Made by a program: the position numbers and the translations under genes. A stretch of DNA of 63,431 nt, counting the filler, from Octopus bimaculoides (Eukaryota), in the NCBI RefSeq assembly GCF_001194135.2. It is 5 parts of 5 records of this genome, joined end to end, with 100 filler letters (N's around TTAATTAATTAA, not from the genome) between each part and the next. Parts side by side here need not be neighbours in the genome. Positions count along the whole stretch, not along the records: positions 1 to 21,570 come from NC_069010.1; 4 more parts are not named here. One strand, 5' to 3'. Positions 1-10,355 of the stretch are shown piece after piece. The notes beneath the pieces were generated by a model, which saw nothing but the letters and a program-made list of their open reading frames with translations, was not told where the DNA came from and searched no databases. Each line of letters begins with the position of its first letter. The stretch's first letter is position 1.

Positions 1-489
1 GATGTCGCATGGTCAAAATTAACGCGAGTTATTTAGACATTGACAAATTTATTAAAATATTTGGCTGAAGATCGGAATGAGGTAATTTCATACCACTAAC
101 CGTGAAACGTCGTACCAAATTAATTAAAGGCAGGTTTGTTTTTTACTCTTCTCTTCTGTTTTTTGTTCTGTGTGTACCATAAATATCGCTATCAATTAGA
201 GAAAAATTTGTAGTTTTGGAATCAGTAGTTCTTTGGCTGCTGTTTCTGAATTTCTCAGTATGTTGGAGAAGCAGGATACTGCTAATCCCTATATATTTAT
301 GATTATAAATGGTTTTACCGATAAGGTTTTTTCATACTGAGCTACCCGGCAAAATTGTTAATTATTAATTTTTATTACTAATTGACGATTCCCTGCCCTG
401 TATATCTATCTCTATATATATATATGCATGTATATATATATATATATTTGTGTGTATATATATGTATGTGTATATGTACACTGATTAAA

Positions 490-748
490 TCCAGCCTCTC
501 ACATTTACCCTACAATGTCGTTTTAAAAACAAACAATCACATCTTTGAAATCTCAAAGCTATGAGATAATAAAGGATTAATTCAAAACAAGATCAGATCC
601 AGCCTCTCACGCTTACCCTACAATGCCATTCTAAAAACAAACAATCACATCTTTGAAATCTCGAAGCTATGAGATAATCCAGGATTAATTCAAAAGAATG
701 TGAATAGATAAGCATTACATTTCACAAAGTAGTCTGACTGCTAAAGGG
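490..748 (+). mobile_element. piggyBac-like MITE, 5'-truncated, with an internal 108-bp tandem duplication
   Basis: Ends in gctaaaggg|TTAA; related to the complete copy at 63030-63255; tccagcctctcac starts at both 490 and 598. Confidence 0.65.
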
Positions 749-855
749 TTAATAAATAAAAAGGTATTTCTTATATCTAATCAATAATTATATTTGAAGC
801 AATCTATCTTATTAGCTTGTCTTTAAAATGTTTTTGTTGCTTACTTCCCATCAAG

Positions 856-953
856 ATGGTTCCAAGATCACATTGAAGGAAACTATAACCGGTGATGATG
901 ATGATGATGGTGGTGGTGGACATTCATACAAGAAGAATGCAGCTGATCTAAAA
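856..953 (+). CDS. RBM19: RBM19 internal exon (linker upstream of RRM3), DGSKITLKETITGDDDDDGGGGHSYKKNAADLK
   Basis: AG acceptor at 854-855 (alternative in-frame AG at 865-866); strong AAA|gtaagt donor at 954; ends in phase 0 and joins in frame to the exon at 2882. Sequence is poorly conserved, so the assignment rests on splice signals and phase. Confidence 0.55.
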
Positions 954-1630
954 GTAAGTTTTAAAATTTCTCACCAGTTTTGGTTCTTAGTATCATGGTC
1001 AGTGTTTTTTTTTACCTTTCTTATTATGTTCTGAGTTCAAATTCCTCCAAAGTCGACTTTGCCTTTCGTCCTGTAAAAGTTTTGATAGTTGTCATAGAGA
1101 CTTTAGTCTCTCTCACCTTTCAACATAATTATAAATTGAAGAGACATTAGAACAATTAACAATATAATAAAAAGGTTTTTTATTTATGATGATGCTTGGT
1201 TATACAATTCCTGTCATTCAGCTTAGCAGCCGCTGATTAATTTGTAATTGGTATTGGAAGGTTAAGGGCTTTCTTGATGCCTGCCAGAGAAGCAAGTAGC
1301 TATCACATCAATAGCATCATGGTGAAAAGTGCTTCGTGGAGGAGCGTGGTGTTGTCATGTAGAAGGTCTGAGCTCAACTCCCTGAGATAATGAAAGTAAC
1401 TGCTTAAGTACGAGTTTTACTATGCATGCGCAACTCGAGGGGCTTCCGGTGGTGAAGTCCCCTGCGCATGCGCAGAATAGTACTTCCTCAATGGCGGCTA
1501 TAATTTCGTGCCACTACAGTCCTTTCGGGGTTAATGAATTCAGTACCAGTGAAACGCTGGGGTCAATGTAATCAACTAGTTCCCTCCTCCAAAATTTCAA
1601 GGCCTTATGCCTTCACTACAAAGAATTATT

Positions 1631-1952
1631 ATTACCTCTGCGTCCGTGGACAAGATATCTCAGGAACTGCTGGCTGGATTCGGATGAAACTTTCAGGGAT
1701 GTTTGGCCTCATGACTGGCTCAAACTGATTAGATTTTGGGATCGATCCAGTACCGAACAATGTTTCTGGATTATTTTTCCAGTTTTTTAACTTAATTTTT
1801 GAGAATGGTCAGGTTCATTTTTAGTATTTTCATTTGTGAGAGCAGTCCAGTTTATTTCAGATATTCTCATTTTAAAAATCATCTCTGGCTAATCATTGAG
1901 AGGATGTTGGGGTTGCCTTGATGGAGGTTTGCGCTCTCCAAGAGCTCTTGTT
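1631..1952 (+). mobile_element. Helentron/HINE-like non-autonomous element (tentative)
   Basis: Subterminal inverted motifs attacctctgc and gatggaggt, followed by a short 3' hairpin gcgctctccaagagc; inserted in (ATT)n. The family call is from memory. Confidence 0.4.
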
Positions 1953-1961
1953 ATTATTATT

Positions 1962-2365
1962 AAGGTGACAAGCTAACAGTGTTGTTAGCATGCCTGGCAA
2001 AATGCTTAGCATTTCATCCGTTTCCACGTTTGGAGTTGAAATTCTGCTGAGTTCGACTTTGCCTTCCATCCTTTTGGGGTCGATGCAATCAACTAGTTCC
2101 CTTCCCCAAAATTTCAGGCCTTGTGCCTTTAGTAGAAAGGAGTATTAATTAAGATGGCAAGCTGGCAGGATCGTTAGCACACTGGGCAAAATGCTTAGCA
2201 GTATTTTTGTCTGTCCTTACATTCTGAGTTCAAATTCCACCAAAGTTGATTTTGACTTTCATTCTTTTGGAGTCAATAAATTAAGTAGCAGTGAAGTTCT
2301 GGGGATCGGTGTGGTTGACTTAACTCCTCACCTAAATTTCAGGCCTTGTGCCTACAGTAGAAAGG

Positions 2366-2427
<62 letters not shown>

Positions 2428-2716
2428 CATTAAAGTGGTGAGTTGGCAGATTTGTTAGCGGCATTTCGTCTGTCTTCACGTTTGGATTTCAAATTCCGCC
2501 GAGGGTGACTTTGCCTTTCATCTTTTCAGGCTCGATAAATTAAACACCAGTCCTCTCCCCCAAAATTTCAGGCCTTATGCCATTAGTAAAAAGGATTATT
2601 ATTATTATCAAGATGGTGGGCTGGCAGAATCATTAGCATACTGGGCAAAATGCTTAGCGGCATTTCGTCCATCTTTACCTTCTGAGTTCAAATTCCGCCA
2701 AGGTGGACTTTGCCTT
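1962..2716 (+). mobile_element. Head-to-tail array of four tRNA-derived SINEs with a Meta-domain-like core and (ATT)n tails
   Basis: Units start near 1962, 2150, 2432 and 2609; each has a B box (GTTCAAATTCC-like) and the core gactttgcctttcatcctttcggggtcgataaa..agtaccag. Confidence 0.8.
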
Positions 2717-2881
2717 TGTGTTCCATGTATAATGTGTCGCATTTGATGTGCCAGGTATTTTGTTGTACCATGTCTGATGAACCATAGCTTTATGTTTCAT
2801 CTATTACATGTTATGTCTGATATATCGTCTTTTACATGTGTTTGTTGTACCATCCCTGATGAATTATATCTATCTCGACAG

Positions 2882-2920
2882 ATTGTACCTGAAGATGAGG
2901 AAGAAGAAGAGCTGAGTGAA
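2882..2920 (+). CDS. RBM19: RBM19 39-bp exon IVPEDEEEEELSE
   Basis: cag| acceptor and |gtaagt donor, phase 0-0; matches the acidic ENEEEEDLAE-SGRLF segment that precedes RRM3 in vertebrate RBM19. Confidence 0.85.
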
Positions 2921-2962
2921 GTAAGTACATCAATTCAATATTGATTGTTGATTGTTTTCTCA

Positions 2963-3328
2963 AATAGCGTCACCTGTGCCCAGCGTCGCCTTTCTGGCAC
3001 TTGTGCCCGTGACATGTGTAAGGATTTTTAAGCGAGATCGTTGCCAGTGCCCCTGGACTGGCACTTGTGCGGGTGGCACATAAAATACACCATTTTGAGC
3101 GTGGCCGTTGCCAGTACCGCCTGACTGGCCCTCATGCCGGTGGCACGTAAAAGCACCTACTACACTCTCGGAGTGGTTGGCGTTAGGAAGGGCATCCAGC
3201 TGTAGAAACTCTGCCAAATCAGATTGGAGCCTGGTGCAGCCATCTGGTTTCACCAGTCCTCAGTCAAATCGTCCAACCCATGCTAGCTTGGAAAGCGGAC
3301 GTTAAACGACGATGATGATGATGATGAC
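2963..3328 (+). mobile_element. Modular retroelement (SINE or non-autonomous LINE-like) copy with (GAT)n tail
   Basis: gccagt..actggc modules, then ggcgttaggaagggcatccagc, then a (GAT)n tail; many homologous copies in the window. Confidence 0.8.
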
Positions 3329-3700
3329 AATTTCTATGACCACATTGCCCCTAACATCGGGCCACCTAACTCCACAGACTGCAACCCCCTTGATTATTAT
3401 GTGTGGGGCACAGTTGAGCAAGAGACCCACAAAACTCCTTGTAACACCAAAGATAAACTGAAGGCAAAGTTTATGTCAGCATTGACCAACTTAAACAAGG
3501 CGACTGTCTGGAAGAGTGCCAGGAGATTCCAAAGTCATCTGCAGGTTGTGGTTGAAGCCAATGGTGATTTTATTTGAATAAATTTACTCTTTCGTATTCC
3601 AAGAAATTTGCATACAATTTTGGTAAATATATCTTAAAATGAGATGTCAGTGTTATTTATATTTTTGTGTAATTTAGACGACAGTTTAGTCACTGCACCA
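3329..3700 (+). mobile_element. Tc1/mariner-superfamily (maT/DD37D-like) transposase 3' remnant
   Basis: Translates to approximately PPNSTDCNPLDYYVWGTVEQETHKTPCNTKDKLKAK...RRFQSHLQVVVEANGDFI, matching the WPPNSPDLNPLDYxVWG...EANG motif. Confidence 0.8.
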
Positions 3701-4034
3701 TGTGTGTGTGTGTCTCACTAATTTATTGTGGATGTGTGTGTGTGTGTATTCAGATGCACATATATACACTGGCATCTACACACATGTATGAGTTAATATA
3801 AACATGATCGACTGATATTTATGAATGTATGTATTTTAAGCTATTTTCGTTACAAGCTAGCACCACTCAAAATGCACCCAGTACGCTCTGTAAAGTGGTT
3901 GACTTTAGGAAGGGCATCCAGCCATAGAGACCAAGCCAAAGCAGACAATTAGGATCTGGTGCAGGTCTCCGGCTGGCCAGCTCCTCTGAAACTATACAAC
4001 CTGTGCCAGCATGGAAAACAGATATTAAATGAAG

Positions 4035-4410
4035 CACTCTGTCGGTTACGACGATGAGGGTTCCAGTTGATCCGATCAGCAGAACAGCCTGCTCTTGAAA
4101 TTAACTTGTAAGTGGCTGAGCACTCCACAGACACGTGTACCCTTAATGTAGTTCTCGGGGAGATTCAGCGTGACACAGTGTGACAAGGCTGACCCTTTGA
4201 ATTACAGGCACAACAAAAACAGGAAGTGAGAGTGAGAGAAAGTTGTGGTGAAAGAGTACAGCAGGGTTCGCCATCATCCCCTGCCGGAGCCTCGTGGAGC
4301 TTTAGGTGTTTTCGCTCAATAAACACTCACAACGCCCGGTCTGGCAATCGAAACCGCGATCCTACGACCGCGAGTCCGCTGCCCTAACCACTGGGCCATT
4401 GCACCTCCAC
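4035..4410 (-). mobile_element. tRNA-derived SINE (Arg-like head) with 11-bp TSD
   Basis: TSD attaaatgaag at 4024-4034 and 4411-4421; reverse complement of the copy at 7356-7727. Confidence 0.9.
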
Positions 4411-4693
4411 ATTAAATGAAGATGAGGATGATATAACACACCAATACTGGTTGTCAAGCAGTGATGGTGGAGGACAAACACTGACACACACACGAATATT
4501 TATGATGAACTTCTTCCAGTTTCTGTCTGCCAAATCCACTCACAAGGCTTTGGTTAGCTTGAGGCTATAGAAGATGATACTTGCCCAAGGTATCATGCAG
4601 TGGAATAGAACTCAGAACCATGTGATTGGAAAGCAGGCTTCTTACCACACAGCTATGGCTGCACCTATAATATGTATGTATTTTTATTTTCAG

Positions 4694-4769
4694 TCTGGAA
4701 GGCTGTTTGTTCGGAACTTACCTTACACCTGTACAGAAGAAGATTTAGAAAAGCATTTCAGCAAATATG
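4694..4769 (+). CDS. RBM19: RBM19 exon, RRM3 start (SGRLFVRNLPYTCTEEDLEKHFSKYG)
   Basis: ttttcag| acceptor, G|gtatgt donor; RNP2 motif LFVRNL; near-identical to human RBM19 RRM3 as recalled. Confidence 0.95.
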
Positions 4770-5493
4770 GTATGTTTGTTTGATTTTTACTTCTTAATTT
4801 TATTATTTAATTAATTAATTTTTTTGTTAATAGTGGCTCCTTAATGGTTTCCTGGCCACCTCTAACAGTGGGTAAACCAGAATGCAGAGCATGATACATA
4901 TGAGGCAGTTTCTGGGATAGCCATATGATTCTATGAATCCATATATTGCACTACAAATTTATATATATTGCCTCAGAGAGGAACACTGGAAATCTTCGTA
5001 TCAAGATGCTATATTAATCCACCATTTCAACCCCAAAATTAACAGTTGATTTGGAGATGGGACAGTGATTCCTATGAAAATGTCACTGCAACTATAATCA
5101 ACATCACAACATTCATCACAACAACCAACGGTTCGCGAGTTGCTGCTAACCCAAATGCCATAATTACACATTTCTTGGACATCTTCCTTCTCAGGATGAG
5201 CCTTTGCACCTGAAATGTAAAGGATTTTGTGAAACTTTCTGCATTGTCAGAAGCTTTCTTTATTTTCCTTTTCTTTTTGTACTACAATGCTTCAAGTGAA
5301 CTATAACACTCATATATACCATATTTTTACATGTACAAGGAACCCTTTTTTGTCAAAAATTAGGTTAAAAAAACATGGAAGTTTCTTAGACATGGGTAGT
5401 ATTATAATCCCTTACAAAACCTTTTTCTAAATTTTAAGCCCCGCAAAATTAGAGGATTCCTTATACATATTAGAATACTGTATATATATAAAC

Positions 5494-5950
5494 TAAATTC
5501 GACGACTGGCACCCATGCCAACGTCGTCTCCTTCATTGGACACGAAACTCAGCTTGCGAAGACTTATTGGGGCAAACGAAAGCGAAATCGAGATAGCACC
5601 TGTGCCCAGCGTTGCCTTTCTGACACTTGTGCCCGTGACATGTGTAAGGATTTTCGAGCGAGATCGTTGCCAGTGCCCCTGGACTGGCTCTTGTGCGAGT
5701 GGCACATAAAATACACCATTTTGAGCGTGGCTGTTGCCAGTACCGCCTGACTGGCCTTCGTAGGGTTTTCGAGCGAGATCGTTGCCAGTGCCCCTGGACT
5801 GGCTCTTGTGCGAGTGGTACATAAAATACACCATTTTGAGCGTGGCCGTTACCAGTACTGCCTGACTGGCCTTCGTGCCAGTGGCACGTAAAAAGCACCC
5901 ACTACACTCTCTGAGTGGTTGGCGTTAGGAAGGGCATCCAGCTGTAGAAA
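5494..5950 (+). mobile_element. Modular retroelement copy with a duplicated internal module block
   Basis: The block ttttcgagcgagatcgttgccagtg...ctgactggccttcgt occurs twice in tandem (about 5650-5760 and 5765-5875). Confidence 0.85.
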
Positions 5951-6125
5951 CTATATATATAGATAGATAGGTATATGTGTGTGTGTTTGTGTATTATGGT
6001 TACCATTGGTTTCATGTTAAGAATAATATCTTAACAATTTCATCCAGGAATGGTAGCCTTAATACACAGAAATTTTATCCACCAATGCAGTGTTGAGCTC
6101 TCATTCTCATTGTTTGACAGTTACA

Positions 6126-6160
<35 letters not shown>

Positions 6161-6374
6161 TTTATTGGCTTCTACACTGTTCCTGTCTACTAGATTCACT
6201 CACAAGGCATTGGTAAGCCCAGGGGTATAGCGGAAATCACTGCCTAAGGTGCTGCACAGTGAAACTGAACCCAAGACCACATGGTTGTAAAGCAAGCTTC
6301 TGAACCACACAACTGTGCCTGTGTATATGTTTATATCTTTTTCTCACCTGTCCGTACTCTTATTAATTTTCCAG

Positions 6375-6505
6375 GTGCATTGGTTGAAGTTTACGTCCCT
6401 CTGGACACTGCAACCAATAAAATGAAAGGCTTTGCATTCATCACTTACATGATACCTGAAAATGCAGTGAGGGCATTGACTGAGATGGATGGTACATCAT
6501 TTCAG
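6375..6505 (+). CDS. RBM19: RBM19 exon, RRM3 core (ALVEVYVPLDTATNKMKGFAFITYMIPENAVRALTEMDGTSFQ)
   Basis: ccag| acceptor, CAG|gtaagc donor; RNP1 motif KGFAFITY; phase continuous with both neighbours. Confidence 0.95.
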
Positions 6506-6742
6506 GTAAGCAGGGAGCTTATGAAATGGAGTGGCATGGAATGGAAAGGGAGGGGGAATCCTTTAAGTATTATCTGTGAAGGCCCATGGCTCAGTGGTTA
6601 GAGTATTGGGCTTGCAGTCATGAGGTAGTGATTTCGATTCCCAGACCAGGTTGTGTTGTGTTCTTGAGCAAGACGCTTTATTTCATGTTGCTCCAATTTA
6701 CTCAGCTGTAGAATTGAGTTGCAACATCACTACCAGTTTGCC

Positions 6743-6977
6743 ATCACCCCTTCCTTCCTTCCTTATTCATCTATCACCCCTTCCTTCCTTCCTTATTCAT
6801 CTATCACCCCTTCCTTCCTTCCTTATTCATCTATCACCCCTTCCTTTCNNNNNNNNNNCTATCACCCCTTCCTTCCTTCCTTATTCATCTATCACCCCTT
6901 CCTTTCTCATTCATATGTTGTGACGGAGAACTATCACCCCTTCCTTCCTTCCTTATTCATCTATCACCCCTTCCTTT
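6743..6977. repeat. 30-bp minisatellite (atcaccccttccttccttccttattcatct)n
   Basis: At least 6 near-identical units around a small gap; produces the ITPSFLPYSS repeats in the ORF track. Confidence 0.92.
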
Positions 6978-7355
6978 CTCATTCATATGTTGTGATGGAG
7001 AAAAGCACAAGAGTATTATTACTGTAGAAGTATAAGGGGGTGGGCTGGCAGCATCATTAGCACACTGGGCAAAATGCTTAGTGGCATCTCACACGTCTTC
7101 ACGTTCGGAGTTCAAATGCTGCCAGGATCAACTTTGCATTTCATCCTTTCAGGGTTGATAAAATAAATACCAGTTGATTACTGGGGCTGATGTAATCAAC
7201 TTGCACCCTTCCCTGAAACTGCTGGCCCTCTGCCAATATTCGAAACCATTATTATTAGGGCTTGCGCCTCCTAACAGAGAGGGACAAACTGGCATAGCCA
7301 TTAGCACACTGGGCAAAGTGCTTTGTGACATTTCAAATGTCTTTAAGTTCTGAGT

Positions 7356-7727
7356 GTGGAGGCGCAATGGCCCAGTGGTTAGAGCAGCGGACTCGCGGTC
7401 ATAGGATCGCGGTTTTGATTCCCAGACCGGGCGTTGTGAGTGTTTATTGAGCGAAAACACCTAAAGCGCCACGAGGCTCCGGCAGGGGATGGTGGCGAAC
7501 CCTGCTGTACTCTTTCACCACAACTTTCTCTCACTCTTACTTCCTGTTTCTGTTGTGCCTGTAATTCAAAGGGTCAGCTTTGTCACGCTGAATATCGCCG
7601 AGAACTATGTTAGGGGTACACGTGTCTGTGGAGTGCTCAGCCACTTGCACGTTAATTTCACGAGCAGGCTGTTTCGTTGATCGGATCAACTGGAACACTC
7701 GACGTCGTAAGCGACGGAGTGCCAACA
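7356..7727 (+). mobile_element. tRNA-derived SINE (Arg-like head) with 13-bp TSD, nested in a Meta-like SINE
   Basis: TSD ttaagttctgagt at 7343-7355 and 7728-7740; A box TGGCCCAGTGG and a B-box-like GGTTTTGATTCC. Confidence 0.9.
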
Positions 7728-7904
7728 TTAAGTTCTGAGTTCAAATTCCACCGTGGTTGACTTAGTCTTTCATCCTTTCAGAGTTGATAAAATAAGTACT
7801 GTTTGAACACTGGGGTCGATGTAATCAACTTATCCCTTCACCCGAAACTGCTGGTCTTGTACCAAAATTTGAAATCAATGTTAATAAATTAATATGAAAG
7901 CATA

Positions 7905-8077
7905 GACAGGAGTGGCTGTGTGGTAAGTAGCTTGCTTACCAACCACATGGTTCCGGGTTCAGTCCAACTGTGTGGCATCTTGGGCAAGTGTCTACTACTA
8001 TAGCCCCGAACCGACCAAAGCCTTGTGAGTGGATTTGGTAGACGGAAACTGAAAGAAGCCTGTCGTATATATGTATG

Positions 8078-8137
<60 letters not shown>

Positions 8138-8247
8138 TCCCCCCAGCATCACTTGATAACCGATGCTGGTGTGTTTACGTCCCCGTAACTTAACGGTTCG
8201 GCAAAAGAGACCGATAGAATAAGTACTAGGCTTCCAAACAATAAGTC
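7905..8247 (+). mobile_element. Composite CORE-like SINE with an internal (AT)n(GT)n microsatellite
   Basis: tRNA-like head, CORE-like ttgggcaagtg, central microsatellite, then a conserved 3' half. The same layout occurs at 9131-9543(-), 10545-10935, 15382-15858(-), 20562-20960 and 41151-41965. Confidence 0.8.
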
Positions 8248-8802
8248 CNNNNNNNNNNNNNNNNNNNNNNNNNNNNNNNNNNNNNNNNNNNNNNNNNNNN
8301 NNNNNNNNNNNNNNNNNNNNNNNNNNNNNNNNNNNNNNNNNNNNNNNNNNNNNNNNNNNNNNNNNNNNNNNNNNNNNNNNNNNNNNNNNNNNNNNNNNNN
8401 NNNNNNNNNNNNNNNNNNNNNNNNNNNNNNNNNNNNNNNNNNNNNNNNNNNNNNNNNNNNNNNNNNNNNNNNNNNNNNNNNNNNNNCCGAACCGACCAAA
8501 GCCTTGTGAGTGGATTTGGTAGACGGAAACTGAAAGAAGCCCGTTGTTAGGAAGGGCATCCAGCTGTAGAAACTCTGCCAAATCAGATTGGAGCCTGGTG
8601 TAGCCATCTGGTTCACCAGTCCTCAGTCAAATCGTCCAACCCATGCTAGCATGGAAAGCGGACGTTAAACAACGATGATGATGATGAGAATGCAGTATGG
8701 AATTTGTCTCATCTTTAATAGTTGGAGAAATTGCAATGGGTGTGTGGCTACATACTAAGTATTTGCCTACCTTTTTTATTTATTTATTTACTTTCTTTGT
8801 AG

Positions 8803-8857
8803 GGAAGACTTCTGCACATAATCCCCAGCAGAATCAAGAAAGATAAAGATGACACAG
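8803..8857 (+). CDS. RBM19: RBM19 exon, RRM3 end (GRLLHIIPSRIKKDKDDT)
   Basis: Polypyrimidine tract plus tag| acceptor, G|gtaagg donor; corresponds to human GRMLHVLPSTIKKE. Confidence 0.93.
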
Positions 8858-9954
8858 GTAAGGCATAATTTTTTTGTTTCTTAGTGAAACATGGACTGTG
8901 GCTACTGAGGATATGCAGAGGCTTGAAAGGAATGAAGCCAGTATGTTTTGTTGGATGTGCAATGTCAGTGTGTGTGTGTACAACAGAGTGTAAGCATTTT
9001 GATAGAAAAATTGGGCACAAGAAGCATCAGATATACTGTGCAAGAAAGATGGCTGCACTGGTATGGAGATGTGATGTGTATGCATGAGGGCAACTGCGTA
9101 AAGAAATGCCAATCTTTAACTCTTTATTCTCATTTTACTCTTTTACTTGTTTCAGTCTTTTTGACTTTGGCCATGCTGGAGCACCGCCTTTAGTCGAGCA
9201 AATCGACCTCAGGACTTATTCTTTGGAGGCCTAGTACTTATTCTATTGATCTCTTTTGCCGAACCGCTAGGTTACGGGGGACGTAAACACTCCAGCATCG
9301 GTTGTCAAGCGATGTTGGGGGGGGGACAAATACAGACACACAAACACACATACGTATATATATATAGATATATATATATACGATGGGCTTCTTTCATTTT
9401 CCGTCTACCAAATCCACTCACAAGGCTTTGGTCGGCCCGAGGCTATAGTAGAAGACACTTGCCCAAGGAGCCACGCAGTGGGACTGAACCCGGAACCATG
9501 TGGTTGGTAAGCAAGCTACTTCCAATACAGCCACTCCTGCGCCTATTGTAGAAGGAACTTGTGGAAAAGGAAGACATGAAACGAGGTGGTAAAATGTGAT
9601 CTTTGGATGTTGTGTCTTACAGAAGTGACCAAGACTTCTGGTGCTTGAGAAGACATCAAACTTAGTGGAAGTGTAGTCGTGGCCAGTGATGCATTAAAGG
9701 TACCCAACATACTCTGTAAAGTGGTTGGCACTAGGAAGGGCATCAGTTATAGAAGCCAAGCAAAATAGACTGGAGCCTGGTGTAGCTGTCCAGCTTAACC
9801 AGTTCCAATCAGACCATCTAATCCATGCCAACATGGAAAATGGACACCAATGACAATAATGTTAATGTCATTGGTGTTGTTTTTAATGTCTCTTTCTATT
9901 TTCCGTCATCTACAAAAGCATATCCAGGCTTACCAACATCTCTTGATAAATAAG

Positions 9955-10355
9955 GCACCGAGATCATTGCCAGTGCCCCTGGACTGGCTCTTGTGCGGGT
10001 GGCACATAAAATGCACCATTTTGAACGTGGCCATTGCCAGTACCGCCTGACTGGCTCCCGTAGGATTTTCGAGCGAGATCGTTGCCAGTGCCCCTGGACT
10101 GGCTCTTGTGTGGGTGGCACATAAAATGCACCATTTTGAACGTGGCCGTTGCCAGTACCGCCTGACTGGCATTTGTGCAGGTGACACGTAAAAGCACCCA
10201 CTACACTCTCTGAGTGGTTGGCGTTAGGAAGGGCATCCAGCTGTAGAAACTCTGCCAAATCAGATTGGAGCCTGGTGTTGCCATCCGGTTTCACCAGTCC
10301 TCAGTCAAATCGTCCAACCCATGCTAGCATGGAAAGCGGACGTTAAACGATGATG
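9955..10355 (+). mobile_element. Modular retroelement copy
   Basis: Two tandem module blocks plus the conserved 3' end and (GAT)n tail. Confidence 0.85.

Noticed and set aside
1260-1390. Minus-strand LLHDN-like mariner remnant
   Set aside because: Too short and degraded to list as a feature.
7361-7432. tRNA-like sequences at SINE heads (also near 4340-4405, 6580, 16245, 32858, 43396)
   Set aside because: A/B boxes are present, but there is no complete acceptor stem and each continues into a SINE body; not true tRNA genes.
8487-8560. Duplicate of 8006-8061 after a gap, fused to a different repeat family
   Set aside because: It sits at a gap edge between high-copy repeats; most likely an assembly chimera.
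9896-10294. Recurrent ORF starting MKPDGNTRLQSDLAEFLQLDALPNANHSESVVGAF (2960, 9896, 11280, 13941, 26170)
   Set aside because: It is the antisense reading of a repeat family's 3' end; it starts at GTG, varies in length and frame between copies, and has no recognisable domain.
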